Source: Prasinococcaceae sp. CCMP 1430 (taxonomy: Eukaryota > Plantae > Prasinodermophyta). Taken from it: a stretch of DNA of 64,000 bases. The notes beneath the pieces are model-generated. The model did not search any database. It saw only the letters and a program-made list of their open reading frames with translations, and was not told the origin of the DNA. The stretch is taken from positions 70,356 to 134,355 of the forward strand of contig RQSC01000019.1 in the NCBI GenBank assembly GCA_013416795.1, read 5' to 3'. This document shows positions 30,917 to 42,743 of this stretch, one piece after another. A program made the translations under genes and the position numbers. How positions within the stretch are numbered: position 1 is the first letter of the stretch; each line of letters begins with the position of its first letter.

Positions 30917-33728
30917 ATGGACGCGGCCAACATCATCCTCTCGGGCGTCGACGTCGCTGCGCAGCGCCAGTGGCGCGACGAGGACCGCGAGTGGCGCAGC
31001 GAGGATCGCCGCTGGCACGCTTCCGAGGTGGCCTGGCGCGAGGAGGAGCGCCGCTGGCGCGAGGAGGAGCGCGAATTCCGCGCTGAGCAGCGACGCTGGC
31101 ACGTGCAGGAGGCCACGCAGCGTGCGCTCGACAACGCGCGGTGAGGGCGCGCGTTGAGCGTGTGGTTGTCGTGCATGCGCGTGAGCCAGCTCTGGCGACA
31201 TTTATGTGCGTGTCTCCATCTCTGTGTCTGACGCCGCCGTGGCCACACACACGCGCGTGCGCTCGCTCGCTCCCTCGCTCGCTCGCCCTGGCTCGCACAA
31301 CTCGCTTCAGGTACACATGGTCTCGCCACGTGGAGAAGAACCGCCGCGACGTCGAGGAGCGCACCGAGCAACTCAAGGTGGTTTCGCAGGTCGCCGCGCT
31401 GCTAGCGGGATTTGCAGTGATTGGCCTGGCGGAGTTCGAGATTGAGGAGGACGTGCGCGATCGCGAGTGGCTCATCACGCTGTTCGGCGTCACCACGGGA
31501 GTCATCGTGGGGCTCATGACGCTTTCGACCGTCATCTGTACGTACATGCTCGCCGGCATACTCAGGGTGGGAAAAACGGTGCGTGAACGAATGCGGATGG
31601 ACGCACGAGCGCTTGAGCCCGCGCTTGCGAGCAGGTCTTGGTTTGACCATCGTTGCTGACGCCCAGTCGTCTCCGCGCGCAGTACGTGTCGTTGCTGCAG
31701 GAGGAGCGATTTTTGTTCGCTTGCAAGGCGTACATCGAGGAAGGCCAGCCAGGCGAGCTGCCTCCCACGCCCGAGCGCACCTTTGAGCGTCACTGGGAGC
31801 TGCGGTGCGAGCCTGACTGGCAGCTGGCGTTCTCCATGTTCGCTGCGGGGCTGCCGCTCTTTCTGGCCAACGTCGGCCTGCTCGCCTGGGTGAAGTTCCA
31901 CTACAGCGCGCTCACCGCGGGCTTTATCACGGCGGTAGCCGCGCTGGCGGTGACCGTGTGGCTACGCATGCACCTCAAGGTCCGAGCGCGTGCTTTGTGC
32001 GCACCTCATCCGCGCGCGTGCACGCGGACCGCATGCGTACAGCCTCCTGACATGCGCGCTGCTGCGGTCACTCGGCGTGGCTCCGCCTCCAGTGGGGCGC
32101 GCTGCTGCGCGAGCCCACCGAGGCGCTGTATTCGTCGGCAGGCAGCGTGTGCGCGGCGGACTTCGAGCGTGGGCTACCGTGGGACTGGTGCACCGACGAG
32201 CACTCCGCCGCGCGCGAGGGCCTGGGCGATCGCTCGCCCTCGAGCGACACGGGGCACGCCGGCGCGGCGTGGCTCAGAATGAGCCCACGCGCGAAGCACG
32301 CGCGCGCGCGGCGGCGCCTGGATGGCGGCGAGCCGCCGCACGCGGGCGCCTCCGCCGCAGCAGCAGCANNNNNNNNNNNNNNNNNNNNNNNNNNNNNNNN
32401 NNNNNNNNNNNNNNNNNNNNNNNNNNNNNNNNNNNNNNNNNNNNNNNNNNNNNNNNNNNNNNNNNNNNNNNNNNNNNNNNNNNNNNNNNNNNNNNNNNNN
32501 NNNNNNNNNNNNNNNNNNNNNNNNNNNNNNNNNNNNNNNNNNNNNNNNNNNNNNNNNNNNNNNNNNNNNNNNNNNNNNNNNNNNNNNNNNNNNNNNNNNN
32601 NNNNNNNNNNNNNNNNNNNNNNNNNNNNNNNNNNNNNNNNNNNNNNNNNNNNNNNNNNNNNNNNNNNNNNNNNNNNCCGCAGCGCTGCGCGCGGCGCGTG
32701 AGGCCGCCGCAGCAGAGCTCGCCGCGCTGCGCGCGAGGGAGGCGGCCGCCCTGGCGCGCGCGAGCGAAGCGATGAACGCCGCGGCTGCCAGCACCGGCGC
32801 CAGCACAGGCGGCGTGCAACCGCTTGCAGCCGCGGCCACGCCCGTTCCGACGCCGGCTGAGTGGGCATTCCGTTCAGGCTACGGGTCAGGTGGCCCGCAC
32901 GCGCACGGCAGCGCGTACGCGGCGCGGGCAGGCTCGTACTCGACGCCCGCGTCCATGCTCATACCTGCACCACTACACTCGCCTGCGACGTGGGCACACG
33001 ACGATGCGACCGTGCCAGCGGCAACTGTGAGCGCGTACGTCGGTGCGGCCGCCGCGGCTGTCGAGGCTGACACAGGCCCTGGTGAGCATGCAGAGGCATG
33101 TGTGCCCTTTCGGTCGAATGACGGTGCCTCCACGCCCGCTGGGCGCGCGGCGGCACTGTCATTCTGGCACGAGCAGACAGAGCGCGCACGCACTCAGCTA
33201 CAGGAGCTAAGCGAGGCCGAGCTGCGCACGGCCTTGACCGGCGCAGGCGCGCTGGACGCTCACGACAACTCCGGGATGAATGCAAGTGCGGCTCCAAGCG
33301 CGAGTACTACTAAGGGGCGCGCCGGCTACGCTGAAGTGACGCGGCGCGAGGAGGCGCTGCGCGCGGAGCTCGCAGCGCTGCGCGCGGAGATCGCATCGTT
33401 GCGAGATGAAAACGCCTCATTGCGGGCGAAGATGGGCGCCGCAAGCGCCGCGACGAAGCCGCCGGCGTATGTGGAAGCGAACGTGAGGGAGGCTACTGCG
33501 TCGACGTGTGCGGCAAAGCCTGTGGGCGCAGCAGCTGCCAGGGAGCTCGTCAACGCTGCGCTTGCCCCTGCCAGTGGCACGGGCCAGCCAAGCGCAGAGC
33601 AGGGGGCATTGCTCGAGCAGCTGATTGGCCTCCTGCCGTCAACCGCTCCAGACGACGAGCTGTGCACTGACGCCGACGGCAGCGACGACGGTGAGGGTGT
33701 GGACGAAGTCAGGCTGCTCCCAGCATGA
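30917..33728 (+). CDS. ORAI: Orai (CRAC)-family calcium channel-like protein with a long coiled-coil C-terminus (exons 30917-31140, 31311-31578, 31683-31979, then 32093 onward across the gap)
   Basis: TM1 LKVVSQVAALLAGFAVIGLAEF aligns with Orai1 [22 protein letters not shown], and TM3 LFLANVGLLAWVKF with LFLAEVVLLCWVKF. Joining to the post-gap ORF ending at 33728 is inferred. Confidence 0.8.
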
Positions 33729-33832
33729 GCGCGCGCGCGGCCGCCGCGCGACGCGGTCAATGTACACTGTGTATCATTTTCTCGTATTCTCACACTCGAC
33801 ATTAATTATGGGGCTAGGATACAGGTGGCCTG

Positions 33833-35719
33833 CTAGACCTTGACCGTCCCCGAGTCGTAGCCCCCGTCGGCGTTCTCGATGGACCAGTTGACGTAGTCTG
33901 GGCTTTCGCAGGCTTTGTACTCGTCGGCAAGAGACTGCACGATCTCGGCGCTGTCGTCGAATTCAGTGAGGTCCTCAGCGAACATGGGACACTTCTGATA
34001 GTTGTCCAAGAACGCCTTCTTGCGGCGCAGCTTGTCATACTGCGACAAGGAACGGCTGAACAGGTGGCGGATGCTCGTGTTGTTCGCGAGCATGAGGCCG
34101 CTCACCTTGTGTCCGGTCTTGATATACGGGCTCTTCCTGGACAGCGCCACCTGAATAGTGGCTGGTCCCCACTCGATCATGCTGGCGAGCTTGCGCTCTC
34201 GAATGCGCTGCAGACTCTTGTGTACCTGCGTGGGGTCCACCTCGCCCTGCACAATGTTGAGGATGGAGATGTACTTGGAGCGCGACATGTCCTTCGCGCG
34301 CGCGGTCGTGCTCACCATGATGTTCTTGCTTTGCAGCAGCCTCCGCATGACGTCCAGCACGCTCGTCTTCCGCACGCCCACCACCTGTTCTGCCTCCTTG
34401 GGCGGCGTGAGGGGCGTGTACCCCGTCATGAGGAAGTGGCACCTTGGCGTCGGAATGAGCGAGGCGATGACCCCCACCATGTCGTTGTTCATGTAGCCCG
34501 GGTAGCGCAGCGTAGTCGTGGACGCGGCCATCACCGTGCTCACGAGGCTGTTTGTCTGTGCAAACGTCGGCGTGTCGAGGTGCAGCCGATCCACGGCGAT
34601 GCGGTTGAGCGCGGTGTTGTCAAGCACCACCACGGCGTCGCAGTTGAGTGCCAGCCGCTTGAGCGTGAGCACGCTGTTGTACGGCTGGACCACCACGTCC
34701 GAGGTTTCGTTCTGATTGGGGAACACCGAGTACGTCTGCACTAGCTTCTTGCCATACCTGTCATTCAGCGCCTCGAGCAGGAAGCTGCCCATGCCGCTGC
34801 CCGTGCCGCCGGCGATCGAGTGGCACAGGACGAAGCCCTCGAGCGAGTCGGACCCGTCAGCCTCGCGGTCGATCATGTCGATGATCTCCTCCGACACCTT
34901 CTCGCCCTGCATGTACCCGCTCGCCCAGTTGTTGCCCGCGCCGCCGCCCTCCGGAGAGATGTACACGTTCTCGTGGTTGTACAGGTGGCGGTGGGAGCTG
35001 TTCTGGATTGAGTTGATCACGCGCGGCTCGAGGTCCAGCAGCAGAGCGCGCGGGCTACGCAGCGAGCGCGCGGGCGCAGGCGGTGTCGGGGGAAATGGGG
35101 ATGGGGATGGGGATCGGCACCCACCCGTCAGCACAGAGAACGGCCGCCATCGCGCGGCGCGCGCAGCGGCGGCCGCGCAGTGGGCAGACGTACATGTAGT
35201 GCTCGTCGTCCGCCTGGTAGAAGAACACGTCCTTGCGGTCGTTGGCGGGCACGGTGGTCGGCTCGAGCAGGCCCTCAGGAGAGATGCCATGCTCAAGGCA
35301 CAGCTGATGTGTGGGTGGGGGGGTGTTTGTGGGGGTGGGGTGGTGGGGGGGCGATGGCATCGGGGGCGCGGCCGGGCAATCATAGACCAGAAGCGCGCGT
35401 CAGCTGCGCGCCGGGCAGGACGTGGGGGAGGAGCAGGGGACACTCGTGCCGCCTCGCGGGCAGAGCGGAAGGCAGGAAGGGGAGATGAATGGAGCAGTCG
35501 CTTCGGCGCCCCTGCGCCCTTCGAGAGGACGAGGCACGACGCACGTGGCGAGGCGCCGTCGGAGGGCGCCCCGCTACCGCTGCCGCGCCCGACCGGTGGC
35601 CTTCGCGAGCGCCAGCGCCCAGCGCCCCCGTGCCGGCGCCGCCGCACCTGCTTCCAGAACTCGGTGCCGATCTGGTTGCCGCACTGGCCCACCTGCAGCG
35701 TGATGATCTCGCGCGGCAT
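33833..35719 (-). CDS. TUBG: Gamma-tubulin (exons 35648-35719, 35194-35303, 33833-35054)
   Basis: [82 protein letters not shown] and VVVQPYNS. Confidence 0.98.
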   Translation of the reverse strand: MPREIITLQVGQCGNQIGTEFWKQVRRRRHGGAGRWRSRRPPVGRGSGSGAPSDGASPRASCLVLSKGAGAPKRLLHSSPLPAFRSAREAARVSPAPPPRPARRAADARFWSMIARPRPRCHRPPTTPPPQTPPHPHISCALSMASLLRACSSRPPCPPTTARTCSSTRRTTSTTCTSAHCAAAAARAARWRPFSVLTGGCRSPSPSPFPPTPPAPARSLRSPRALLLDLEPRVINSIQNSSHRHLYNHENVYISPEGGGAGNNWASGYMQGEKVSEEIIDMIDREADGSDSLEGFVLCHSIAGGTGSGMGSFLLEALNDRYGKKLVQTYSVFPNQNETSDVVVQPYNSVLTLKRLALNCDAVVVLDNTALNRIAVDRLHLDTPTFAQTNSLVSTVMAASTTTLRYPGYMNNDMVGVIASLIPTPRCHFLMTGYTPLTPPKEAEQVVGVRKTSVLDVMRRLLQSKNIMVSTTARAKDMSRSKYISILNIVQGEVDPTQVHKSLQRIRERKLASMIEWGPATIQVALSRKSPYIKTGHKVSGLMLANNTSIRHLFSRSLSQYDKLRRKKAFLDNYQKCPMFAEDLTEFDDSAEIVQSLADEYKACESPDYVNWSIENADGGYDSGTVKV

Positions 35720-36180
35720 GGCCGCCCGCCCGCGCGCCGCGCTCACGCCCCCGCCGCGCGAGCGCTCCGTGCTTCCTCCACCCCCCCGCAAGCAACCGGC
35801 GGCGGCGCGGCGCGGGTGTGGCGCGTCGTCCGGCGCTCACACACACACGCACACACACACACACACACATCTCCACCCCGCTCGCGCTCCGCGCCTCATG
35901 GCCATCCCCACACGCCTTTCCCCCCCACCCCCCCACCACACACACACACACCCGAGCCGCTCCTGGGCGCCGCGAGACGACGCTCGCTGCTGCCGCGCGC
36001 GCGCCGAATCGCCGCTCGCGAATTCGCCCCGATCCCGCGCGCATCGCGCCCCGAAGGCGAGTGCGAAAAGATGTCGCGTCCCGCGCCGAGGCGCGCGGAA
36101 AACGACTGGCGAAACGCGAACGAAAACGAAATCGCGGCGCGTTCCCCGAACACGCCGTCCCCCAACCTGCTGCGCGATCG

Positions 36181-36271
36181 CGCGCGTGTGCGCGTGTGCG
36201 CGTGTGCGTGCGCGTGTGCGTGCGCGTGTGCGTGCGCGTGTGCGCGTGTGTGCGCGTGTGCGTGTGCGCGT
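36181..36271. repeat. (GCGTGT/GCGTGC)-type microsatellite
   Basis: Visible alternating purine-pyrimidine tandem array. Confidence 0.85.
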
Positions 36272-36753
36272 GCGGAGACGGAGACGGAGACGGGCTCGGT
36301 GGCGCCGCCTGCGGACGCAACGGACGGCGGCGCCCGCGAGGGCGGCGCTGGCGCGGGCGCGGAGACGGGAGCGGGCGCGCTGGCGTTTCGCGCGGCGCCT
36401 TCCCGCCGCGCGCGCGCGAAACGCGCGCCGCGGCGCTTCGAAAATCCGGGCGGTTCGAACATCGGCCGGATCGTCCATCAAAACGCAAAGCGCAAGGGCG
36501 GGTGCGGCGCGAGGCGCGAGCCGGATCGGCATGGCGACGTCACGTTCGGTTTTTACCGCGCGATCCCAAGGCGGGGGTGGGGTGGGGGCACTGGGGGGTG
36601 GGGTGGGGGGTAGGGGTCGACGAGCGGCGCGGCACGGGTTGGGACCTGTCACCCGTGGCGGGTGAGCCGCGGCGGCGAGCGCCTCGTAGTCCCTCTGGTC
36701 GCTCGCGCCCGCCCTCCGCGCAGCGGCAGGCCTGCGGCGCTGTCGCAGCGGCG

Positions 36754-37416
36754 TCAGTACTGCAGGCGCGGCGGCTCGACACCGGCGCTCTCGAGCCGCC
36801 GCTTCATCTCCACCCAGCGCTTGGTGGCAGCGCCGTGCTTCTCCGGCCCTGCGACACCGCCGGTGGGCGACAGGTCGCTGACGTCCACATCCGCCGCGTC
36901 GCAAGCCGCGCGCATGTCGTGCTCCTTGAGGCGCTCGCGCAAAATGCCCCACATCACGCTCGGCGTGTGCGCGCGCTCACCCGGCGTGGGGTTCTTCCAC
37001 CACGGCGTGAGTTCGACTATTTTGGGGTTGCCGCTGTAGGTCTCCTCGGTCACGTAGAGGTCGCCGGTGTAGATACCGAGGGACTCGCACCTTGGCAGTG
37101 CGTCGGCGATCTTGTTCTCCAGCCGCGACGAGCCCCAGCTCACCACCGCCGCGCGAAGCAAGAACACGTAGACGAGGTACTGTCCCTGCTCCCAGCCGTA
37201 CGACGAGGGAAGCGCGGGCGTCGCGACCTCCGCCGCCAACGCAGCGGGCGGCAGCCACGCGGCCATGGCCGCGGTGGCGGCAAGGTAAGCGCCGGGCGCC
37301 TGCGCTGATCGAGCGCCGTCGCTGCTGGGGGGGGTGCGCGAGGCACGCGCGAGGGGAACGGCGCGGCGACCACGTGCGAGCGCAGTCGCCCGCACACTGA
37401 TGCAGGAGGCCGCCAT
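36754..37416 (-). CDS. Hypothetical protein with a probable plastid/thylakoid-type targeting peptide and one TM segment
   Basis: ATG at 37416 opens an Ala/Arg/Ser-rich leader, then a hydrophobic stretch ending AALAA, then YLVYVFLLRAAVVSW and a globular-looking C-terminus. No family was recognised. Confidence 0.6.
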   Translation of the reverse strand: MAASCISVRATALARGRRAVPLARASRTPPSSDGARSAQAPGAYLAATAAMAAWLPPAALAAEVATPALPSSYGWEQGQYLVYVFLLRAAVVSWGSSRLENKIADALPRCESLGIYTGDLYVTEETYSGNPKIVELTPWWKNPTPGERAHTPSVMWGILRERLKEHDMRAACDAADVDVSDLSPTGGVAGPEKHGAATKRWVEMKRRLESAGVEPPRLQY

Positions 37417-37644
37417 GGCGGGCGCGTCGCCGTGCCAGGTGCCAGCGACGGCGGTGGGCGGTTCGGAAAGCCGCGTGCGGTGCGCGGCGTGGCGTGTGCG
37501 GCGTGGCGTGCGCGGCGTGGCCCGCGGCACGAGCGCGTGGCGCTCTGTGCCCAGCCTGCCCGCACGGATGCAACATCCCGCAGCAGAAATCAAATATCTC
37601 GTCTGGAAATGAAGTCGGAAAATGCGCGCTGCGTAGGGCATGGA

Positions 37645-37646
<2 letters not shown>

Positions 37647-37735
<89 letters not shown>

Positions 37736-37754
37736 NNNNNNNNNNNNNNNNNNN

Positions 37755-37813
<59 letters not shown>

Positions 37814-37885
37814 GCACACACACACACACACACACACGCAACAAACACACACACACACACACGCACACGCAAACACACACACACA
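37647..37885. repeat. Long (CA)n microsatellite with a small N gap
   Basis: Direct observation. Confidence 0.97.
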
Positions 37886-38255
37886 CCCAAAAAAAACAGA
37901 AACGCCAGACGAAGTTGCTGAAGAATAACATTCGATGTCAAACAATGCCCGGAAATTGACGGAAAATCTTTAAAATGACAGAAAAGTCCGCGGGCGGCCA
38001 GACAGTCCTGGTCCGGGCGGCGCGCGGGAGGGCGGGTGTTGACGTTGACATTTTCAAGAGTGCGGGAGAGCGCATATCAAATCGAATTGCGCGCGCGCGT
38101 ACGGGCGTGTGGCTGCCGTACCGCCGCCGCGCCACAGCGCGCGCGCGGCGGAGGCGCCTCGGCGGGTGCCGGGCGCGGGGCGCCGCCTGGCGAGCGCGTC
38201 GGGTGTGATTGCGGGGTGTTCGCGGGTGGGCCAGAGTGCGCGACGGACGGCCGCC

Positions 38256-40757
38256 ATGGCCATCGCGGGCGGGCGGCGCCACCCCCACGGCGGGGGAGCA
38301 TCGTCGATGCAGCGCTGCCTGGAGCGCACGCTCCCATTCGTGGCGGGCGTCATGCTCACCGCGTGGGCCGTGACCAACCCCGCGGTGCAGCCGATGCTCG
38401 GCTTCGCGCCGGCGGACGCGCCGCGGTCGCCCATGCGAGGGGACGCGCATCGTGGGCGGAAGCTGGGAGAGAAGGTCCGCGGCGTGCTGTTCACGAAGAG
38501 CCGCGTGGGCGGCGGGCTGGGCGAGGCCATGGAGGATGTGGAAGATGCCAGTGGGATTGCTGCTGAGGGCGCCGGCGCAGAGGGCGCGCAAGCGGCCGGC
38601 GGCGATTCCACGCAGCCGAAGAAGCCTTTTAACTACTGGGAGCCCATCAAGGACGACGATCCCGACTTCCCCCTCCTGCCGCGCAACCCAAAGAAGCAAA
38701 AGATTCGCATCATAACGCCCGACGAGCTGGCGAACGGGGAGTACCACATGAACGGCCTGGAGGAGGAGCTGAAGAAGCAGGAGACGCACTTCACCGCCGA
38801 CGGCCAGGCGATCCGGCCTGACAATACTGGCAAAGCCACGGCGGCGCAGCAAAAGGCCGCGCAGCAGGTGCTCGCAGTGACGGGCGGCGCGCACAAGGAG
38901 AGTGGCGGCGGGAGCACGGGCAAGGCTGAGGGTAACGGCGCCACGGCCACCGTCACGCAGGAGCAGACAAAGCGCGACGAGGTGCAAAACAGGCAGATGC
39001 GCCAGCAGCAGTCGGTGCTGCAACAGGCCGACCGCCAGGAGCAGACTAGCGACCTGCGCGCGCAGTTTGAGGAGGCGATCAGGAAGCATTGGCTCAGTGG
39101 CGACCTGAGTCGCATGGCCGGCATCACACAGCGCATTGCTTCGGACACCAGTGCTGATGACGACCTGCGCTACGAGGCGCACATCTACACTGGCGTGGCC
39201 TTGTGCACAGGCTGCGAGCCTGGTGCGCTAGACGGCCCCGAAGTGCCACTCAGCTGGGTCAACATGTACTGGAGCGGCGCGCAGGGTTACCTCTGCCGCT
39301 GCCACGACGAGCTGTACTCCAAGGAGCACTGCGAGGATCAGCAGCGGCGCGCCGAGGAGCACGCGCGAAGCGCGATCGAGCTCAAGCCCAACGACTCCGC
39401 CGGCTACTACCTGCTCGCCAAGGTCTCCGGAGGGCCGATGAATTGGCCGTCGTACAACTTCGAGGTATCCCTCGACGCGTACAACAAGGCGGCGGAGCGC
39501 GGAAACGGCCTGAAATTGAGGCCTGACCTCAACACCTTCGCGGGCGCCGCGAGGAGCTCCGTCGCGCAGCTGCTGGGCGCGGCAGCGTGGGGAATGGACG
39601 ATCACATCCACAACATGACGTACTTGCGCGCAGCCATGAAGGCCTGGCGGCACGACTACACCTACATGGACACTCTCAGGGAGAATGAAGACAACGGCAT
39701 CCCGCACGTCATCGAGGACGGGCACCCGGCCCACAACAAGTTCAGGGTGGTGAAAGAGATCATCCCGCGCGACCTCGCCATCGCTGGGTACCACTACTTC
39801 ATGGGGCTTTGGGAGGACAACATGGTGCGCTACGACGAGTACGACTCGCTCGTGTACGACAAGACGGCATTCATGTTCTACTCCAACCCCTTCAGCGAGA
39901 GCCTTGCGGAATACGTGCGCCCGAAGGTCGAAGAGTGGTGCGGCAAGAAACTGGTGCACGCGTACAGCGCGGGACGCGTCTACCTCAAGGGTACTGACCT
40001 CAAGCTGCACTCGGACCGCCCCGCGGCCCAGTACAGTGTGACTGTCACGCTGGGCTACCCCGACGACGATCCCGGATGGCCGCTGTTCATCGATAGCCAC
40101 GACGGCGGCAAGACGGTGACCATGGCCAATCTCGAGCCCGGCGACGGTCTGGCGTACCAGGGAGTCAACTGCGAGCACTGGCGCGGAATGCTTCGCTCGA
40201 AGAACCACGTGCAGGTCTTCTTGCACTTTGTGGACGCCGAGGGGCCCTTCCAGACGTCCTTCTTCGAGGGCCTCCACGTCGGCAGCTACATGGTGAACGT
40301 GTTCGGCCAGCGCTGGGCGCACGACGGCAAGTACTCGGACCCGCACGCGTGGCGCACAGCGCGCGAGCGCTGGTGCCGCGGCGACAAGGTGGGGTCCGTC
40401 GAGGACTTTGCGCGCATTGGCGTGTCGCGCGGCGAGGGCGCCCTCATGAACCTGCTGCGCGTCGATCGCAGCCCCGAGGCGCAGAAGAGTTACTCCCTCA
40501 TCATGGACCTCGCCAACGGCCGTCGCTATGCAATGGACACCGTGTACAAGAATATCGTCGACAGCCACACGGCCACATGGGTGGAAAAGGGCGACCAGAT
40601 GCTCGAGTGGCTCTCGCGCGAGTTCCACGACCTGGGCGTGAAGCACCACAACGCCTCGCTGCTCGATGCGGCGACAACCATCATCGAGCGCAGGGAGATC
40701 TGGAATCGCTGCAACGGTCAGCCATCGGCTTTCAAGGAGGAGTGCTGCTGGCACTGA
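38256..40757 (+). CDS. Intronless membrane-anchored or secreted 2OG-Fe(II) oxygenase-domain protein
   Basis: N-terminal hydrophobic anchor (LPFVAGVMLTAWAV), a low-complexity stalk and a TPR-like segment. The catalytic region is YSAGRVYLKGTDLKLHSDRP..YSVTVTL..WPLFI..LEPGDGLAYQG..EHWR..QVFLHFV (HxD...H triad). Confidence 0.82.
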   Translation: MAIAGGRRHPHGGGASSMQRCLERTLPFVAGVMLTAWAVTNPAVQPMLGFAPADAPRSPMRGDAHRGRKLGEKVRGVLFTKSRVGGGLGEAMEDVEDASGIAAEGAGAEGAQAAGGDSTQPKKPFNYWEPIKDDDPDFPLLPRNPKKQKIRIITPDELANGEYHMNGLEEELKKQETHFTADGQAIRPDNTGKATAAQQKAAQQVLAVTGGAHKESGGGSTGKAEGNGATATVTQEQTKRDEVQNRQMRQQQSVLQQADRQEQTSDLRAQFEEAIRKHWLSGDLSRMAGITQRIASDTSADDDLRYEAHIYTGVALCTGCEPGALDGPEVPLSWVNMYWSGAQGYLCRCHDELYSKEHCEDQQRRAEEHARSAIELKPNDSAGYYLLAKVSGGPMNWPSYNFEVSLDAYNKAAERGNGLKLRPDLNTFAGAARSSVAQLLGAAAWGMDDHIHNMTYLRAAMKAWRHDYTYMDTLRENEDNGIPHVIEDGHPAHNKFRVVKEIIPRDLAIAGYHYFMGLWEDNMVRYDEYDSLVYDKTAFMFYSNPFSESLAEYVRPKVEEWCGKKLVHAYSAGRVYLKGTDLKLHSDRPAAQYSVTVTLGYPDDDPGWPLFIDSHDGGKTVTMANLEPGDGLAYQGVNCEHWRGMLRSKNHVQVFLHFVDAEGPFQTSFFEGLHVGSYMVNVFGQRWAHDGKYSDPHAWRTARERWCRGDKVGSVEDFARIGVSRGEGALMNLLRVDRSPEAQKSYSLIMDLANGRRYAMDTVYKNIVDSHTATWVEKGDQMLEWLSREFHDLGVKHHNASLLDAATTIIERREIWNRCNGQPSAFKEECCWH

Positions 40758-40887
40758 CTGAGACACGGCAAAGGCAGGCGCGGCCCGCCGCGGCGGGAGG
40801 ACGGGCCACGGAGAAGGAGTGTGTGTGTGAGAGAGATAGGTCCTATCGGGAGCTCCAGCGGTAAAGCTGGCAAACTTTATTGTGTAT

Positions 40888-42743
40888 CTAGAGACTGCCG
40901 TAGTAGCGCTGCGTCAGTGCTGGGGGGAGGTGACGCCTCGCCGCCTCCACGCAGCCGCTGAGCGCACTTGGGCTGAGGGTTTGCTTGTATCCGTCCACGG
41001 ATGCGTTTCCCACCTTGCGCGAGTTGGCACCCTATATATTCCGGCGCGGCCGTGACTGCCAGCGTCAGCGCTGCGCACGCATCCATAATGGGTGTGGGAG
41101 AGCGCACCGGACCATGCATGCACATCGCGCTCTACCAGAAAGGCATGAGCCTGCGACCGTGCGCCGTCCGTACCTCCATGCCCAGCCCGGGCACAACCCC
41201 GACCGCGATCTTGCCCGCGACCACCTCGTCCTGCAGCTTGCGCATGTTCTCCGGCGAGGTCTCTTCGATGGCGCGCAACACGTCGAAGTCAGGCATGGCG
41301 GCGATGCCCATGGCCCGCATAAACTTCTGCGCATGGGCCATCGGGAGCAGACGAGACTCGCCGTATTCGAATTCCACCGTCGGGGCGAATCCTGCACGTG
41401 GCATAAGCACGTTGGACACGTGGTGGCGCAAGGCGGCCGTCGCGGCGGCAAACGCGCAAGTCTTCGCCTGGCGCTCGTCATCAAAGTCGCGGTCAAGATA
41501 CGCCATCTGCACGCGCGAACCGTCGAAGGGCGACGGAGAGCGGCGCGCAGCAGGAATGACGGGGTGTCAGGGCGGAGAGCAGCATTAGCGCGGCAACACA
41601 GGGGGACGCGCAGCGAAGACGCGACTCGGCGTGCGCACGGGCCCATCGATCGAGGCGCGCGAGGCGGCGAAAACACGCAGTGCGTACCTTCGACACGGCG
41701 ATTGCGATAGGGTCGCGGCTCGTGCGCAGCGTGACCAGTATGTCTGCATCTTCTTCGTCGTCCACCGCGTCGCCGTCGACGGGGCTGTCGTTCAATCCAA
41801 GGCTCGGGTCGCCAGGGAGCAGCAACCTGCCCTCTGCGAGATCGGCCTCAAACGCGTCCTCCAGACCTACCTCCTCGATGCAGCGACGGGACCACGTGGG
41901 CACGTCGAGCTTTTCCACGCATTGCCTGGCCATTTGATTGATTCTGCTTCCAGTGAGGGCCTCCAGCTTCTTGTGCTTCGCGGAGATGGCAAGGTCATGC
42001 TTGTAAGCCCAGCCTTCGAACTCGATGACCGCCGCAGGCACGCCGCCCACGTAGAAGGTCGCGGCGAAGGTGCGCTGGTTGTTGGCGTTGGCGCCGCTCC
42101 TCGAGAACACGCAGCTCGTCCGCGCGTGCGCTTCGCCGCCGCCGCTGGGGGTAGCGTCGTCGGCACTCGTCGCAGCGACGGCGGCCTGCCGATCGGTGGC
42201 GGCTGCGGTGTCCTCACCAGCCGCGGAGGAGAAAATGGCCTCGGAGGCAGCGCTGTCGACGCTGCCAACGTTGGCTTCGCCGTTCGCCGCCTCGCACGCG
42301 TGCTTGAGCAGCGCGGCGCCGAGCCATTCCATCGCCGTCGTGCCCGTCTTCTGCTGCGAATTCACGAGCACCGCACGCCAGCGCAGGGGGGGCGCGGCGG
42401 TGCCTTCCGCAAGCTTGCCGCTCTGCTGCCCGGTCGACCACTTTGCGCCGGCCTGCGCTGCCCTCGCTCTCGCACGCGCGAGCGCAATCTCGAGCGGTGC
42501 CTCGAGCGCCAGCGCGGGCCAGCTCGTGTCCACGGTGACGGGCAGACCCGAGGAGGCGTCCGTCGCGTCATGTTTTTGTTCGTTGACCGCGCCGCCGCCG
42601 GCGGCTTCCACGAGCAACCTGGGCGCCGCGCGCGCCGCCGCCAGCGGCGCGGCCGCCACCAGCGCGACGGAGAGGAGGAGGACCGCCCGGCCCGGCCGCG
42701 CAGCGGCGGCGGCCGCGGCGCCGTCGCCACTCCTTCGCACCAT
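40888..42743 (-). CDS. Sulfotransferase-family protein with an N-terminal signal/anchor (exons 41688-42743, 41174-41506, 40888-41031)
   Basis: 5'-PSB-like QKTGTT, 3'-PB-like SRDPIAIAVS and IEETSPENMRKLQ. The last exon, absent from the ORF track, gives SRKVGNASVDGYKQTLSP..RRHLPPAL, the typical C-terminal RKV.. motif. Both introns have CTGAC branch sites and are phase 0. Confidence 0.78.

Noticed and set aside
20280-33728. SAM-domain protein plus Orai as a STIM-Orai pair
   Set aside because: The SAM protein shows no signal peptide, EF-hand or TM segment, and it lies about 8 kb away with unrelated genes between.
37432-37959. His/Thr-rich and Val/Cys-rich ORFs (also near 36180, 44190 and 48000)
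   Set aside because: These are translations of (CA)n or (GT)n microsatellites.
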